Notes: generated from the letters alone by a model not told the origin. 64,000 bases of DNA from Octopus sinensis (GCF_006345805.1 NC_043005.1:87606001-87670000); one strand, 5' to 3'; shown: positions 13,631-27,032, numbered from the stretch's first letter. Translations and numbers: made by a program.

Positions 13631-14648
13631 CTAGCAGTATCGCCCGGCGTTGCTCCGGTTTGTAAGGGAAATAACTATATAAGCATTTTTAGTGTGTTAT
13701 AGCAAAAAAAATAGCAAATAATGCATTAAAGATGGAATAAAAAATGATAGTAATTTCTGTTTTAAATCGTTGACTCATCGTAGACATTTTTAGAGAGTTA
13801 CTTCTCTTATATAATAGCGAAAAATGCATTAAAATGGAATAAAAAAATGATGGTAATTTTTTTTTTAATCGTTGACTCATCGTAGACATTTTTAGAGAGT
13901 TACTTCCCTTATATAATAGCGAAAAATGTATTAAAATGGAATAAAAAAATGATGGTAATTTTTTTTTAGATCGTAGACTCATCGTAGACGCGCGCTAATA
14001 CCCAGAAGCGCTCGATATGAATCACGACTATAAGATACCCGGTTTTGGTTACACTGCACCGCAAAATGTGGGAGTAGTTAGGAATCTAAATCGTAGGAGA
14101 CAGACACACAACCTTACTTTTATATATAAAGATTTGTGCAACAACTAAAACATTCGGTTGTGCAAATTATTTGCACAGGAAACCTGCCGTGTGTGCCGGT
14201 TTTTGCCGTTTTTGTGGATCTGTTTCAGCCTTTTTAGCGATCTCTGTTTTGGCGACTTCAAGCCATGAAGTCGTTGTTCTAAAAGAACGCTGGTCTCCTT
14301 CACAACGCATTACGATGTTGATTTCCTTACACTCCCTTCCCCACAGCTTCACGAGGGAGGGAAGAAGGGTGAGAAGCAACACAGGTGCAGGCGTGAGCGT
14401 GGACGCCAACTCCGCCGCCATCGACACACGAAAAAATATGCATTAAAATGGAATAAAACATTATGTTAAATTATTTTTAAAATCGTAGCCTCATCGTAGA
14501 CGCGCGCTACTACCCAGACGGGCTCGATATGAATCACGACTATAAGATACCTGAATTTGGTTAAACTGCACCGCAAAATTTCGGAGTAGTTAGGAATCTA
14601 AATCGAAGGGGACAGACACTCACACAACTACAGTTTTATATATATAGA
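13631..14648 (-). mobile_element. Non-autonomous Helitron with two 5' ends and internal ~112 bp tandem repeats
   Basis: Minus strand: A|TC start at 14648 and again at 14132; subterminal hairpin CCGGAGCAACGCCGG; CTAG|T end at 13631. About 14430-14648 duplicates about 13915-14132. Confidence 0.85.
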
Positions 14649-14791
14649 TATATTTTCTATGTTATATTTTCTTTTTTTATGTTTTTGTTTTTGGTTTTTC
14701 ACTCTTTGATTTGCGTATTAGTGGTTTTATCTCTAATTTAATTTATACAGATATATATCTCATTTGTATACATTTATATATATAATGCGTG

Positions 14792-14823
<32 letters not shown>

Positions 14824-15644
14824 CACATATATATATGTGTGCATTACGTAGTCGGTCGATTCACCTGAAAATATGCACACCTATGTTAAAGGTGCTGACA
14901 AGTTTGCATCACAACTATTTTGTTCTTCAAATGAAAGGCGTCACCTCTACGACAAAATTCCTCATCTTATAAAATGTGGCCCCAGTAAACCCGAATGAAA
15001 TCGGGTATATTAACCAAAATGTGAAAAGGGGTCTAAATGTGGCTGGAAGGGGATTAAAATTTCAAAGAGCGGGTGTTTAGGAATTCTCTGTTGCATCAAG
15101 CTAAAAAATTTGCGCCAGCCTTTTAATCGTCAATGTGTTGCCGTCCATGATAAAGAAGTTTTGAATGCTTGCCATGGTGACTCTACTGTCGTGAGAAAGA
15201 ATCACTTCAAAACTTGGTGTTTACGAATTTTCTTTTACATCAAGTTCAAAATTTTACGCCAGCCGTTAAACTGTCACTACGTTGCTGTCCGTCGTTAACA
15301 AATGCCAGCCATGGTGACTCTACTATCCTCAGATTTTATCCTTTCAAACTTTGGTTTCCAATATTTTATTATTTTTATTCAGCTCGCAAGTTCGTCTGTC
15401 CCTTTTCAATGTTAGCGTTTTGCTGTCTGCCTTGAAGCAGACCTTTCCATTGCCACTGCCTCATATTTCTGATTGATCTTTCTAAATATTTTATTTCTCA
15501 ACTAACTCAAGATCTTCTGTTGTTTACAAATGGGAGAGAGATAGATAAAGATAGAGAGTAAGAGAAAGCGAGGGAGAGTCATAGAGAAAAGAAAAGTAAG
15601 AGAGTGGGAAAGTGAGAGAGAAAGAGAGAGAAACAAATACGGAG

Positions 15645-15960
15645 AATCATCATCATCATCATCGTTTAACGTCCGTTTTCCGTGCTATCACGCGTTGGGC
15701 AGTGTGACCGGGGTCTCGGAAGCCAGGAGGCTGCACCAGGCTCCAGTCTGATCTGGCAGTGTTTCTACAGGTGGATGACCTTCCTAACGCCAACCACACT
15801 GTGAGTGTAGTGAGTGCTCTTTTCGTGCCGCCGGCACTGGTGCCAGGGGGGCTCGCAGTGGCAACGATCGGTTGGTGCTTTTTACGTGCCACCAGCACAG
15901 AAGCAAGTCAAGGCGGTGCTGCAATCGGCCACGTTCAGATGGTGCTTTTTACGTGCTGAA
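15645..15960 (-). mobile_element. SINE/RTE-related retroposon 3' part ending in (ATG)n
   Basis: GC-rich body with GGTTGGCGTTAGGAAGGTCATCC and a terminal GGACGTTAAACGATGATGATG tail. Confidence 0.6.
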
Positions 15961-15989
15961 AGGAAGCAACAGAAAGTAGCACCCACACT

Positions 15990-16023
15990 CTTACCCGCGC
16001 GTAGAGCGGGTCACCTTCAGCTA

Positions 16024-16024
<1 letters not shown>
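15990..16024 (+). mobile_element. Helitron-type 3' end
   Basis: Hairpin ACCCGC..GCGGGT, 10 nt spacer, then CTAG|T. Confidence 0.6.
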
Positions 16025-16092
<68 letters not shown>

Positions 16093-16493
16093 TATATATA
16101 TATATATGTACATATATGTATTTATATGGATGTAACTGTATGTGTGTGTATAGCCACATATTTATATATGCATATTTATCTATGCATACACGAACACACA
16201 CAAGCACACAAACACATATACATGTATACATATCCATACGTGCACACATATATATTTATATATACGCATACATTTGTATATATGTGCGTGCGTTTGTGTG
16301 TGTATGTGCGTGTGAGTATGTGTTTGAGTGTGTCTGTGTATCCTCGTAATAAGAATCAATTAGGAGAGTTAGTTCATCTCTTTATTGTAAAACAGAAAAC
16401 ATAAACCTTGACATGTGTTTCACGAGCGAATGCTAGTATGTTGTATAATAGTTACGTAAAGGGAATATGTGTGAGTGTGTGTGTGTGAGAGAG

Positions 16494-16527
<34 letters not shown>

Positions 16528-16699
16528 TGCGGGTGTGTGTGTGTGTGTGTACGTGTGTGAAATGGCCAGTTAGCTGAACAGTTTCAACTACGGTTACAAG
16601 ATTATGCTCTGGTATCAAATCCTATTCCAAATTCTATATAAATTTAAATCTGTAACTTGCTTTAAATATTTTCCGGATTTTTTTAATATTCTTTTCCAC

Positions 16700-17072
16700 T
16701 CTAAGTACAAGGCCCGAAATTTTCGGGGAGGGTACCAGTGGATTAGATCGACCTCAGTACATAACTGGTACTTAAAATATCGACCACGAAAGGGTGAAAG
16801 GCATAGTCGACCTCGGCGGAATTTGAACTCAGAACGTAAAGACAGAAGAAATACTTATGTCTTTACTACGCACAAGGGGATAAACAAGGACAGACAAAGG
16901 AATTAAGTCGATTACATCGACTCCAGTGCGTAACTGGTACTTAATTTATCGCCCCCGAAAGGATGAAAGGTAAAGTCAACCTCGGCGGAATTTGAACTCA
17001 GAACGTAGCGGCAGAAGAAATACCGCTAAGCATTACGCCCGGCGTGGTAACGATTCCGCAGCTCACCGCCTT
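16700..17072 (-). mobile_element. Meta-domain-like tRNA SINE, tandem dimer
   Basis: Two consecutive GAGTTCAAATTCCGCCGAGGTCGAC...TTTCA(T/C)CCTTTCG units on the minus strand. Confidence 0.88.
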
Positions 17073-17421
17073 CAGAATTTTCCATATTATCACTCTCATC
17101 CGCAGATCGGAATCTTCACAAAAGCATAGACGTTGTCTCCTATAAAGAAGCAACGTGAGCAAGACTGTAGATCAAGGATTAATTGTAGTTGAGTTTCATA
17201 CGTTGAAGTCTTTCGTAACATTGAAATTACATTTTATTGTGATCCACAGCGTTTACACGCATGCAAGCTGTAACATTCCAGCCATTTGGAAGTTTACTAA
17301 TAGTCAAAAAACTGCTTACTGTACAATTATAATGTATGGACGAAGAGACAGTTAATCTGTTTGGATGGAAGATTTTAGTATTAGATCGTACGTTCAACAT
17401 GACTATATTCACTTAATATAA

Positions 17422-17650
17422 GGCAGCGAGCTGGCAGAAATGTTAGCGCGCAGGGCGAAATGCGTAGCCGTATTTCGTCTGCCGTTATGTTCTGAGTTTA
17501 AATTCCGCCGAGGTCGACTTTGCCTTTCATCCTTTCGGAGTCGATAAATTAAATACCAGTTTCGCACTGGGATCGATATAATCGACTTAATCCGTTTGTC
17601 TGTCCTTGTTTGTCCCCTCTGTGTTTAGCCCCTTGTGGGCAGTAAAAAAA
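17422..17650 (+). mobile_element. Meta-domain-like tRNA SINE, full length with Tx1-like tail
   Basis: Head GGCAGCGAGCTGGCAGAA; B-box; GAGGTCGACTTTGCCTTTCATCCTTTCGG; tail TGTGTTTAGCCCCTTGTGGGCAGTAAA. Confidence 0.9.
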
Positions 17651-17909
17651 TATATATTCACTTAATGTATTCCCATCATCTCCCGAGTTACAGAACTTTT
17701 CCAATTGCCGTGGTTCATTACCCCTCGTTACCTGTATGAAATTATGATATACCATAATACCTGTGCACCATCATATTTTCTTCTCGAACCGACGAGAGAA
17801 ATTTTGCTGGTCGATCGACCAGCTGGAAATAGAATTACGACACTTTGTCGATTAAGACGACGGTCGTTTCTATGGATCCACTCAAAGGATCAGCTTGCTC
17901 CCGGAATGA

Positions 17910-18125
17910 ACGTGCATGTGACTGAGTGCTCCACAGATACGGCTGTCCTTAATGTAGTTCTCAGGGAGATTCCGCATGATACAGAATATGACAAGCTTGA
18001 TCCTTAAAAATACAGGTACTACTCATTTTCGCCAGCTGAGTGGACTGAAACAGCATGAAATAAAGTACATTGCTCAAATATACAACGAGCCATCAGGAAT
18101 CGAAACCACGACGTTACGATCGTAG
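17910..18125 (-). mobile_element. tRNA-derived CORE-like SINE family B, degenerate
   Basis: B-box GGTTTCGATTCC plus TTGAGCAA...CTTTATTTCA..GTCCACTCAGCTGG on the minus strand. Related to 44711 and 60470. Confidence 0.7.
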
Positions 18126-18581
18126 CTACGCGTAATTCACAGAAAGAGTTTTTAATGTCTTTTGATGTGGACTTTGCTCCCTTAAAGTAGGATGCGATAC
18201 ATTAAGTAACGCAGTTGTAGACAGAGACTAAAACACATGATGTGGTCACGGATAGATTCACTTTTCTCATATGACTTGTTATTTTTTTCTCGATCCTTCT
18301 TTTCATCCTACAACCCACCAAAAAAAAAAAAAAGAAAACAGAAAATAATTATGCCAGCAGAAATGCAAGACATATATCAAATTATTTTCACCAGTGTCAT
18401 TGCCACAACGTTTCCAAGGAAACACAAAGAACTTTTACCGCATCACTCGACTTGCTAGAAATAATACTCAAATCTCAGTTTACAGTCCTAAAAAGAGAAG
18501 TGATATTATAAAATGAAGTTTCGGATCGATTATATTTGAGATGGAGACTGGCAATAGCAGCTGATACATCTTTAATCAGAT

Positions 18582-18912
18582 CAGTGTTCCCCAACTTATT
18601 TTCCCGTTGGTCTCACTATAACTTTCCAGAAAAATGTATGCTCCACCGAGGAAATATCCTTAAAGAAATATTCACATGAGAGTTTAGGATAACGCTATAC
18701 CTAAAGAAAACAGTCTTCACGCAGTATGCATGGTTGGAGAGATTGCCTTGGCTAGAATGACTATTGCAGTATTATGTTTGCTGTGAAAAAAAGGATTTTC
18801 ATAATGCCACGTCCCACTGAAAGAGAAGAGATGAAACATTTTGGATCCCAAGCTCCCGACAATTTTTCCAGGTCCCTCCAGAGGAGCGTACACCCCACGT
18901 TGAGTATCACTG
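18582..18912. mobile_element. hAT(Charlie)-like MITE
   Basis: Imperfect TIRs CAGTGTTCCCCAAC / GTTGAGTATCACTG. The flanks AATCAGAT and GATTAGAG resemble a decayed 8-bp TSD. Confidence 0.6.
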
Positions 18913-19129
18913 GATTAGAGACTTAGTGGATCAGAGACCTGAAGTTTAATACAGGAAAAATAACTTTTGTTGTTGCGAGCCAGAGATCTCTTGTGCAATA
19001 AATCTCTAACGCATTTAATCGTTATAGTCCGGAGATCGCAATTTGTTAGCATATAGGAACTAAACGCCCTCTTTGGCAGAGTAAACAACGGAGAGCTTTT
19101 ACGTATAGCAGCCATTTTTAATTTTAATC

Positions 19130-19470
19130 TTTTATTTGTCTCATTCATTTGACTGTGACCATGCTGGGGTACTGCCTTGAACAATTTTTTGTTGAATGAA
19201 TCGACCCTAGTATTTTTATTTTAATGCCTCTTACTTATTCCATTGGTATTTTTGACGAACCGCTAAGTTACGGAGATATAAAGACACGAATATCGGCTGT
19301 CAAACCATAAAAGGAGGAGGGGCTTCTTTCAGTTTCCGTCCACAAAATTTATTCGCAAGGCTTTGGGTGGCCTGGTGATATAGTAGAAGACACCTGACCA
19401 AGGTGCCACACAATGGAACTGAACCCGGAATCAAGTGGTTGAGAAGCAAACCGCTTACCACACAGCCACA
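19130..19470 (-). mobile_element. CORE-like SINE family A, long degenerate copy
   Basis: Head at 19320-19470 matches 11428-11591, followed by the family 3' region. Confidence 0.75.
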
Positions 19471-20708
19471 TCTCATTTACAGACCAACGAAAAGGTATAT
19501 TTTAAATTTCTGTCCTACATTATGCTTGAGAAGAAGAAGACAGGGTGGAGCCGCTGTGGGAGATTTGATCAGGTATTTGTTGCACCCACGTGATCTTAGG
19601 TTTACAACATCACCAACATCAAGAACATCACAAATAATGTGAACGCCAACGACACTCTTCTTTTCAGTAATCAAGAAGCTAGCAGGCCCTACTTGTAAGA
19701 AATACCACTTAATTCTCAGCTGAGAATCTTAAAAAAGAGAAAGGAAAGTTATGAATGTTTTCAAATGGAAGACGGGTGATAGCAACGGAAATATTTCATC
19801 AGATGCTTGCTGGACCCGAGTGACCTAACACAAAATGCCAGATATCGACAGCAACAGAAATACAGTAAACATTATGGATACAATGTTCTCTTCTTCATAG
19901 TAAAAACGATCAAACCAGCATCCGGAATATTAGCTAATGGAGAAAGAATATGTGTTGCGAAATTAAAGAATAAAATGAATGAAGTTACCAACATATGCGA
20001 CGAAATCTGCGAAACAAAACCCTACGAAATTATTAGATAAGTCATAAAAGGGATCTTAGTCATAAAACGTATAATGTTTCATTTCGAAGATTTCTTGAAT
20101 CAAAGAAGAAATACAAAATCTGAAGGAAACAGACTTCGTTGGGAAAATGCGGCAGTAATTTGGAGCCTGTGTCTGTAAATAATAACATATTTTATGACGA
20201 AGAGCTTAAAAATCCGTTCAGCTATAAAGCAAAGGATTTTAGTGTATATGTTGTGTGAGTTTGTGGTTGTGTGTATCTGTGTTTGAGGAAATGTATGTAT
20301 TTGTGTGTGGAGATCTCTGCATAACGCCTGTGCAATAATTTATACATTTATCTATGTATGTGTGCATATGTATGTCTATAAACATACGTATGTATGCATG
20401 TGTATGTATCTCACTTTCTCTCTCTCTCTCGATGTATATACATATATATATATATACATACATAGAGAGATAGATAGAAAGATAAATAGATACATACATA
20501 CGTACATACATACATATATACATACATACATACATACATACATACATACATACATACATACATACATACATACATTGACAGACAGATATTTTCATAAGTT
20601 ATTTGGAAGGAAACTCGAGTCTCTTCAATCTCTTGTGTACTTTCATGCAAATAAATACAAAATATGTACATGTACAGTGTCTGTACATGTACATATATGC
20701 ATTGATGT

Positions 20709-20748
<40 letters not shown>

Positions 20749-21294
20749 GCTTCAGCATCATTGCATGTATGCGTATGAATAATTTCCAATATTTTATTTG
20801 TAAAAATTAAACGTCGTTTATTGCCTCATTTCATTTTCAAATATTTCTTTACTACAGCTGTTGTTGCCATTCTTAATATCTTTGTTATTTTACATAATCA
20901 TGGCTGTTCCTCTTTTTCACGTTTGTTAAAAGAAGGAGATTAACAGAACAGCATCTCATCTTTATAATAAACATGTTCTTGAAATATCTTACCCTATTTT
21001 TACATTATATTTTTATTACTCATTTCCTCATCTTTTAATAGCGACTGCACATATTCTTAATGGCATTGACGACGCTGCTGTTGTTGTTGTTGTATCTATT
21101 ATTATTTATCATCGGAACGAATGCTTTTCGCTTTTATTGGCTCAGCAGAAGAGAACAGGAAGAAAAGATGAGCAAAGATACAAAAATTATGCAACAGATC
21201 GTGTTTCACACATTTATTAAGAATAAATGAATGAATGAATGACAATTAGGATTAGAGAATCTCATACACACACACACACACATACATATATATA

Positions 21295-21299
21295 TATAG

Positions 21300-21379
<80 letters not shown>

Positions 21380-21380
21380 G

Positions 21381-21459
<79 letters not shown>

Positions 21460-21460
21460 G

Positions 21461-21531
<71 letters not shown>

Positions 21532-21535
21532 AGAT
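21295..21535. repeat. (GATA)n microsatellite
   Basis: Directly visible. Confidence 0.98.
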
Positions 21536-21538
21536 ATA

Positions 21539-21927
21539 CTAGTAGTATCGCCCGGCGTTGTTCGGGTTTGTTTCGACCCTTTAGAATTGGAATTTTTGAA
21601 AAGTAAAAATTTTGCATTATGTTGCTTATTCTATTTAAGCGAACATTTTTCTGCTTCAAATACACCGAAAGATGGCGACAGAGTAGTCAAAAATTCGTAT
21701 AAAATAGGGATTTTTATAGAAAAAAGCACCTTTTTGGTGTAGATAATTTTTGGTATTAACATGGTCCTATTTAAATATTTTTCTTCAACGGAATGAAGAG
21801 CATGCCATCTTCTATCATACCCCCAATTTTGGTCAACTTCTGCTGCAGGGTCTCCGAGGAGATAGTGTTAGTTGAAGGCTACCAAACCTGCTATACACAG
21901 ACAACTTCAGCTTTATATAGAGAGAGA
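21539..21927 (-). mobile_element. Non-autonomous Helitron (same 3' end as 13631)
   Basis: TC start; hairpin CCCGAACAACGCCGGG; CTAG|T end. The 3' 35 bp are nearly identical to the 13631 element but the body is unrelated. Confidence 0.85.
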
Positions 21928-22469
21928 TTTATAATGGCTGGAGCTGTCCTGATGCACAACAGAGAGCAATGATTAACTGGAGAGATAGGAGCCATGTTTA
22001 GCGTGTTCACTGTATTTGAATTACATAAGGACCTTCAAAGTTATTCATGCCTGCATGTGTATATATATGTGTGTGGATATTGTATATGTACAGGCGTATT
22101 TGTATGTATTTATACGTATGTATATATATATATATGTGTGTCCATATATATATGCGTATGTTTGCGTATTTTCCTTTTATTGAAGCACCTTATAATTCTT
22201 TAATTTCAAACTTAAACTTCTAAACCCGCCAAATATTATGACGAAATGGTTGTCTCCCTTGTAATAGCTGCAGCCAATAGGGGAAGTACGGATCTCTGAA
22301 AAAGTCTAGCCGTGAATTTTGTGACAATATGGCGTCATGTTTCTGAATACATGTCTAATATTACTAACGACGAAATACCTTCTTTAAGAAACAATCGAAA
22401 TGTGTAAGTTAAACTAAACCAAATACAACTTTTCCTTACAAAATTTCATTTTATTTCTTTAACAATGGT

Positions 22470-23135
22470 TTCAATTTTAGGCAAGAGGCCAGCAATTTCT
22501 GGGGAGGAGGGATGTCGATTATATCGACCAACCACGGTGCTTGATTCTTAGTTATTTCATCACCTCGAAAAGGAAGAATAGCGAAATACACTTCGGCGGA
22601 ATTTGAACTCAGGACCCAAAGACAGAAAATGCCGCTAAGTAATTGGCCTGACGCGCAAGTGATTCTGTCAGCTCACCACCTTGTTTATATCTTTTATAAT
22701 GGGTTCAATTTTTTGCACAAAGCGAGCAATTTCTGCGGAGGGGGTAAGTAGATTACATCGATCCCAGTACTCGACACGTGCTTATTTCATCGACCTCGAG
22801 TGGATGAGAGGCAAAATCAAGCCCGGAAGAAATTGAACTCAGAGCATAAAGGTAGACAAAATGCCGTTTAGCAATTTTGCCAGAGTGCTAACAATTCTGC
22901 TTGCACTCTGCCTTAAATATTGGTTTCCAATTTTTGACACAAGACCAACAAGATCGAGAAAAGTGATAAGTCGATTACATTTATTCTCGTGCTCGACTGG
23001 TCCTTTTTACATCGACCCCGAAATGAGCAAAGTCCAAGTACACCCCTACGGAATTTGAACTCAAATCATGAATACAGACGATAAGCTGCTACGCATTGTG
23101 CCCACCGTGCTAAGGAATCTGCCATCCCGCCGCCT
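22470..23135 (-). mobile_element. Three head-to-tail old Meta-like SINE copies (~220 bp period)
   Basis: Each unit begins on the + strand with TGGTTTCAATTTT..GCACAAG.CCAGCAAT and contains TTGAACTCA. Confidence 0.8.
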
Positions 23136-23893
23136 TTTCTAAATCCTTAATAACGATTTCTGCCAATATTTCAGGGAAGATTTAGTTTCATTCTGGTGAG
23201 GAATTTTGTTCGAAACCTTTAACTTTTCTTCTCGGCAATAAAATAACTTACCTACTTTTTATCAATTTTACACAAGAAATACTTAATACTTTAACAGTTG
23301 TAATTTTATTTTTTCAAATTTTTTCCTTTTATAAGGTGAGTAACGTAACTATTAAAATAGTTACTATTTTAACTTCAACACATCACTTTAGAGCTTTGTT
23401 AAACTTCATTTCAATGCGACTTCAATGTCCTATGTTCCATTCTATTGTAAATGCCAATATCAAATAATACAATTCCATTATTGAAGTCTGACTCAAATGG
23501 AACCGAACAACACTTTCTTACCAACGACGACAACGTACTTATTTCATTGACATTGAAATCTATTAGAACAAATATCAGAAATGACAAGCGACATGGCGTA
23601 GACATCGACCATTCCTGCTTTCGCATTTGCAATGTAATATCTTCCAAGGCAAAGATGATTTCAATAAATCGATCTTCTTTCCTCACAGAAGAGGTAAATT
23701 TCTGGTGATTTAGTGAGGATATTGTAGAATTGTTAGTGGTTTCAAACTGATTTATCTCTTGCTTGTTTCGGTCATTGGACAGCGGCCATGCGGGTTCACC
23801 GCTTTGAAGGGCATAGTCGAACAAATCGACCCAGTGCTTAATTTTGATGACTGATAGCTATATTAACTTTCAAAAACGCAAACAAACACACTC

Positions 23894-23942
<49 letters not shown>

Positions 23943-23944
<2 letters not shown>

Positions 23945-24312
23945 GTAAATAATAATATTTTATTAGCTTAGTGTTTATAGTGATCACAGCTCAATGATGA
24001 AAGAAAATAGTCTAATAATGGGACATATAAGCCCTGGACAGAAAAACTAAATCTTCCGTACCCGTGGGACTCGAACCCACAACACCGAGTGCAGTACTGA
24101 TTACACTAACGAACCTACTGTTTTTTCAGGACTATTTAAGAACTATAATTTGTACTTAATTGTTTTGTAAATACACTACCTTGTGCTTTTTACTGCTGTA
24201 CTAAGTAGTACCTGTTTTTACAATTCTGTAAATAATGATAATAGTATTTTACTAGTTTAAAGCTTAAGCAATCACCGCGCAATGACTAAAGAAAATAGTC
24301 TAATAGTGGGAT
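23943..24312 (-). repeat. ~85 bp direct repeats enclosing a tRNA-like B-box hairpin
   Basis: CTGTAAATAAT...AAAGAAAATAGTCTAATA.TGGGA occurs at about 23943-24024 and 24226-24312. GTGGGTTCGAGTCCCAC lies on the minus strand at ~24064-24080. Confidence 0.6.
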
Positions 24313-24621
24313 ACCGATTAAACTTGCGAACCTACCTATTTGGAATGATGAAAAGACATACAATGAAATGCAGATTGTATTAGGCGCACAGAAGGACCCT
24401 ACCAAAATTTACCATGCATGGGAAGACATCAAAGTAGCAGACATAAGAATGACATTCACTAAGGATCAGAAGTGGGAATCCTCTGGTAAAGATAGGGAGG
24501 CAAATTTCTGGCTTGCAATCTGATGTAGACTAAAATCACACACATCAGTGACTTCAGAACTCAGAGCTAAAGGCAGTAAGCGAAGGTTTTATTTTAGCTG
24601 CTCAGTATTAGAGATTATTAA

Positions 24622-24852
24622 AGGCGGCGAGCTGGCAGAAACGTTAGCATGCTGGGTGAAATGCGTAGCCGTATTTCCTCTGGCATTACGTTCAGAGTTC
24701 AAATACCGCCGAGGTCGACTTTACCTTTTATCCTTTCGGGGTCGATAAATTAAGTACCATTTACGGACTGGGGTCGATGTAATCGACTTAATCCGTTTGT
24801 CGATCCTTGTTTGTCCCTTCTATGTTTAGCCCTTGTGGGTAGTAAAGAAATA
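24622..24852 (+). mobile_element. Meta-domain-like tRNA SINE, full length with Tx1-like tail
   Basis: Highly similar to 17422-17650. Confidence 0.9.
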
Positions 24853-24979
24853 CGTATCAGAGATTATTAACCCGGAACTGCCAAGCCAATGTGAGGAAAA
24901 TAGAATTGACCCAAGTGCTGACACTGTAACGATGAGATTGAAACAGTGGATCTCCTAATCTCTGGGTGTAAGGTTTTAG

Positions 24980-25699
24980 CACCAGTAGAGTATAAATCTA
25001 CACATGACAGAGTTGGTCAATATCCACACTAGTTAACATGTCAGCATTATCAAATCAAAGCTGCTGACAAATGGTATAAGCACCATCGTGAGGCTGGAAC
25101 TGAGGGAGAAAACGTAACGGTCCTTTGGGACTTTCCAGTATGTACAGACCAGGCCATCAAAGCTAATTAACCAGATATTGTTGTTGAAAGACCAAAACAA
25201 TAAGACCTGTTCAGTGATTGACATGAGCATACCTTGTGATCATAATATTTCGGCAAAAAAGCTTGATAAGCTCAGAAAATATAAAGATTTCCTGATTGAA
25301 ATTGGAAAAATGTGGCACCTCAAGACGGTTACAATACCAGTAATTGTAGGAGAACTTGGAATTATTAAAAGGGGAACTGAAAGCAATTTGCGTATAATCC
25401 CTGGCTTACCACCCTTGCAGGAAGTTGTAAAAGGTTGTCTTAATTGGTAACTGGTCACAAGTATTGAGAAGAGCAATGAAGCTGTAAATTTTCTTTCCTT
25501 ATCCACTTGTATTTTCTTTGCATCCCATTTTTTCTTTCCTTTTGCTATCTGTCTTACTTCCCTTTCTTTTTCTATCACATTACTTTGTGAATAAACAATC
25601 TGCTGTGTATATTTTGATGACTTACAGTATATAGTGAGTTTGCTTGCCCTAGGTGTTGGGAAGAGACTCGGCAAGAAGTGGAAACAAGATTGAAAAAAG

Positions 25700-25700
<1 letters not shown>
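24980..25700 (+). mobile_element. R4/Dong-like RLE non-LTR retrotransposon 3' fragment
   Basis: 'HDRVGQYIH', 'VLWDFPV.TD..IKAN*PDIV', 'IDMSIP.D.N...K..K..KYKD...EI.KMW......PVIVG.LG' (PD-(D/E)xK restriction-like endonuclease), followed by an (AAC)/(AAT)n array. Confidence 0.88.
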
Positions 25701-25908
<208 letters not shown>

Positions 25909-26442
25909 TGGATGTTATGCATCGTGAAAAGAGATACTGTGAGGCCCTAGACAACAGGCTGTTGCCTGTTCTTATGGAATTAGCCGGAGGAAATGAAATC
26001 GAGATTTCTGAAAAGGAAATGAAAAGAACACACTCAGATATTTGTATGTGAATCACAGTGTAAAATATCAAAAGTCGTATAGTTATAGCGGAAACACTTA
26101 CATACCTTTCTTTGAACTGAGAAACGCAATTCAAAGAGATGGGAAAAGAGGCGAGATTTTTTATCCATATGAAAGTATGACACGTCTCACATTTTGTACA
26201 TTTCGATGCGTTTTGAGAGTTTTTCACTTTACCTCACTAAACACCAACTTAAGCAAATTTAATAGAATTTCTTTATGTGGTGTTTACTACTACTACAAAC
26301 ACAACTAATATTACTACTATACCTATTAATACTCCTCCTCCTCCTCTCCTCCTCCTCCTCCCCTCCCCCTCCTCCTACTCATTCTACTACTACTACTACA
26401 ACTGTTATTATAATCATTATTATTCATCATTATTATTATTAT

Positions 26443-27032
26443 TCTATGTTTCCCTTTTGCTTTACATTTGCACAAGCTGGCTCCAAGTCTCATCCAGAGA
26501 CCTCAAGAGACAACAAGTTGGAAGTTCGTGTTGGTGTTATGCCTAGGGTGCCATATATTTTGTACTTAGTGTTGTACTAGTGAATGTCTAAAAACAAAAC
26601 ATACGAAAATTATGTTTGTTTTAAAACTTGAGATTACATAAAAAGTATTTTGCGTAGGATATGAGCAGTTCCCATGAGCACTATCTTTTGAATTTCTACC
26701 TTTTGGGGGTTTCCTGGTATCTGAGTTAAGTAGCATTATTCCCAGGCCACCTACGACAACAGGTATTGTTTTAGTCTTCAGGTTCCACATTTTGCTGATT
26801 TCTATTTCAAGATCTTTATATTTGCTCAGTTTCTGGTAGGTCTTGACAGATACATTTATATCGATTGGCACAGTCATATCAATGAGGATGCATGTTCTTT
26901 GTCTGAAGTCTTTCAATATGATGTCTGGCCTATTTGCATCTATCTTTCTCTCAGTTTGAATGGGGAAGTTCCAGAGGAGTGAGATGTGGTCATTTTCAAG
27001 CACTGCAGGTGGTTTGCATTCCCACCAGTTTT
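26443..27032 (-). mobile_element. Second R4/Dong-like 5'-truncated copy between (TAA)n tracts
   Basis: 'LLWNFPIQTERKIDANRPDIILKD...LIDMTVP...KLSKYKDLEIEISKMWNL..IPVVVGGLG', with TAT repeats at both junctions. Confidence 0.9.

Noticed and set aside
23411-23824. Possible host exon (ORFs on both strands, GAG|GTAAAT donor-like site near 23692)
   Set aside because: No recognisable domain and no neighbouring exons.
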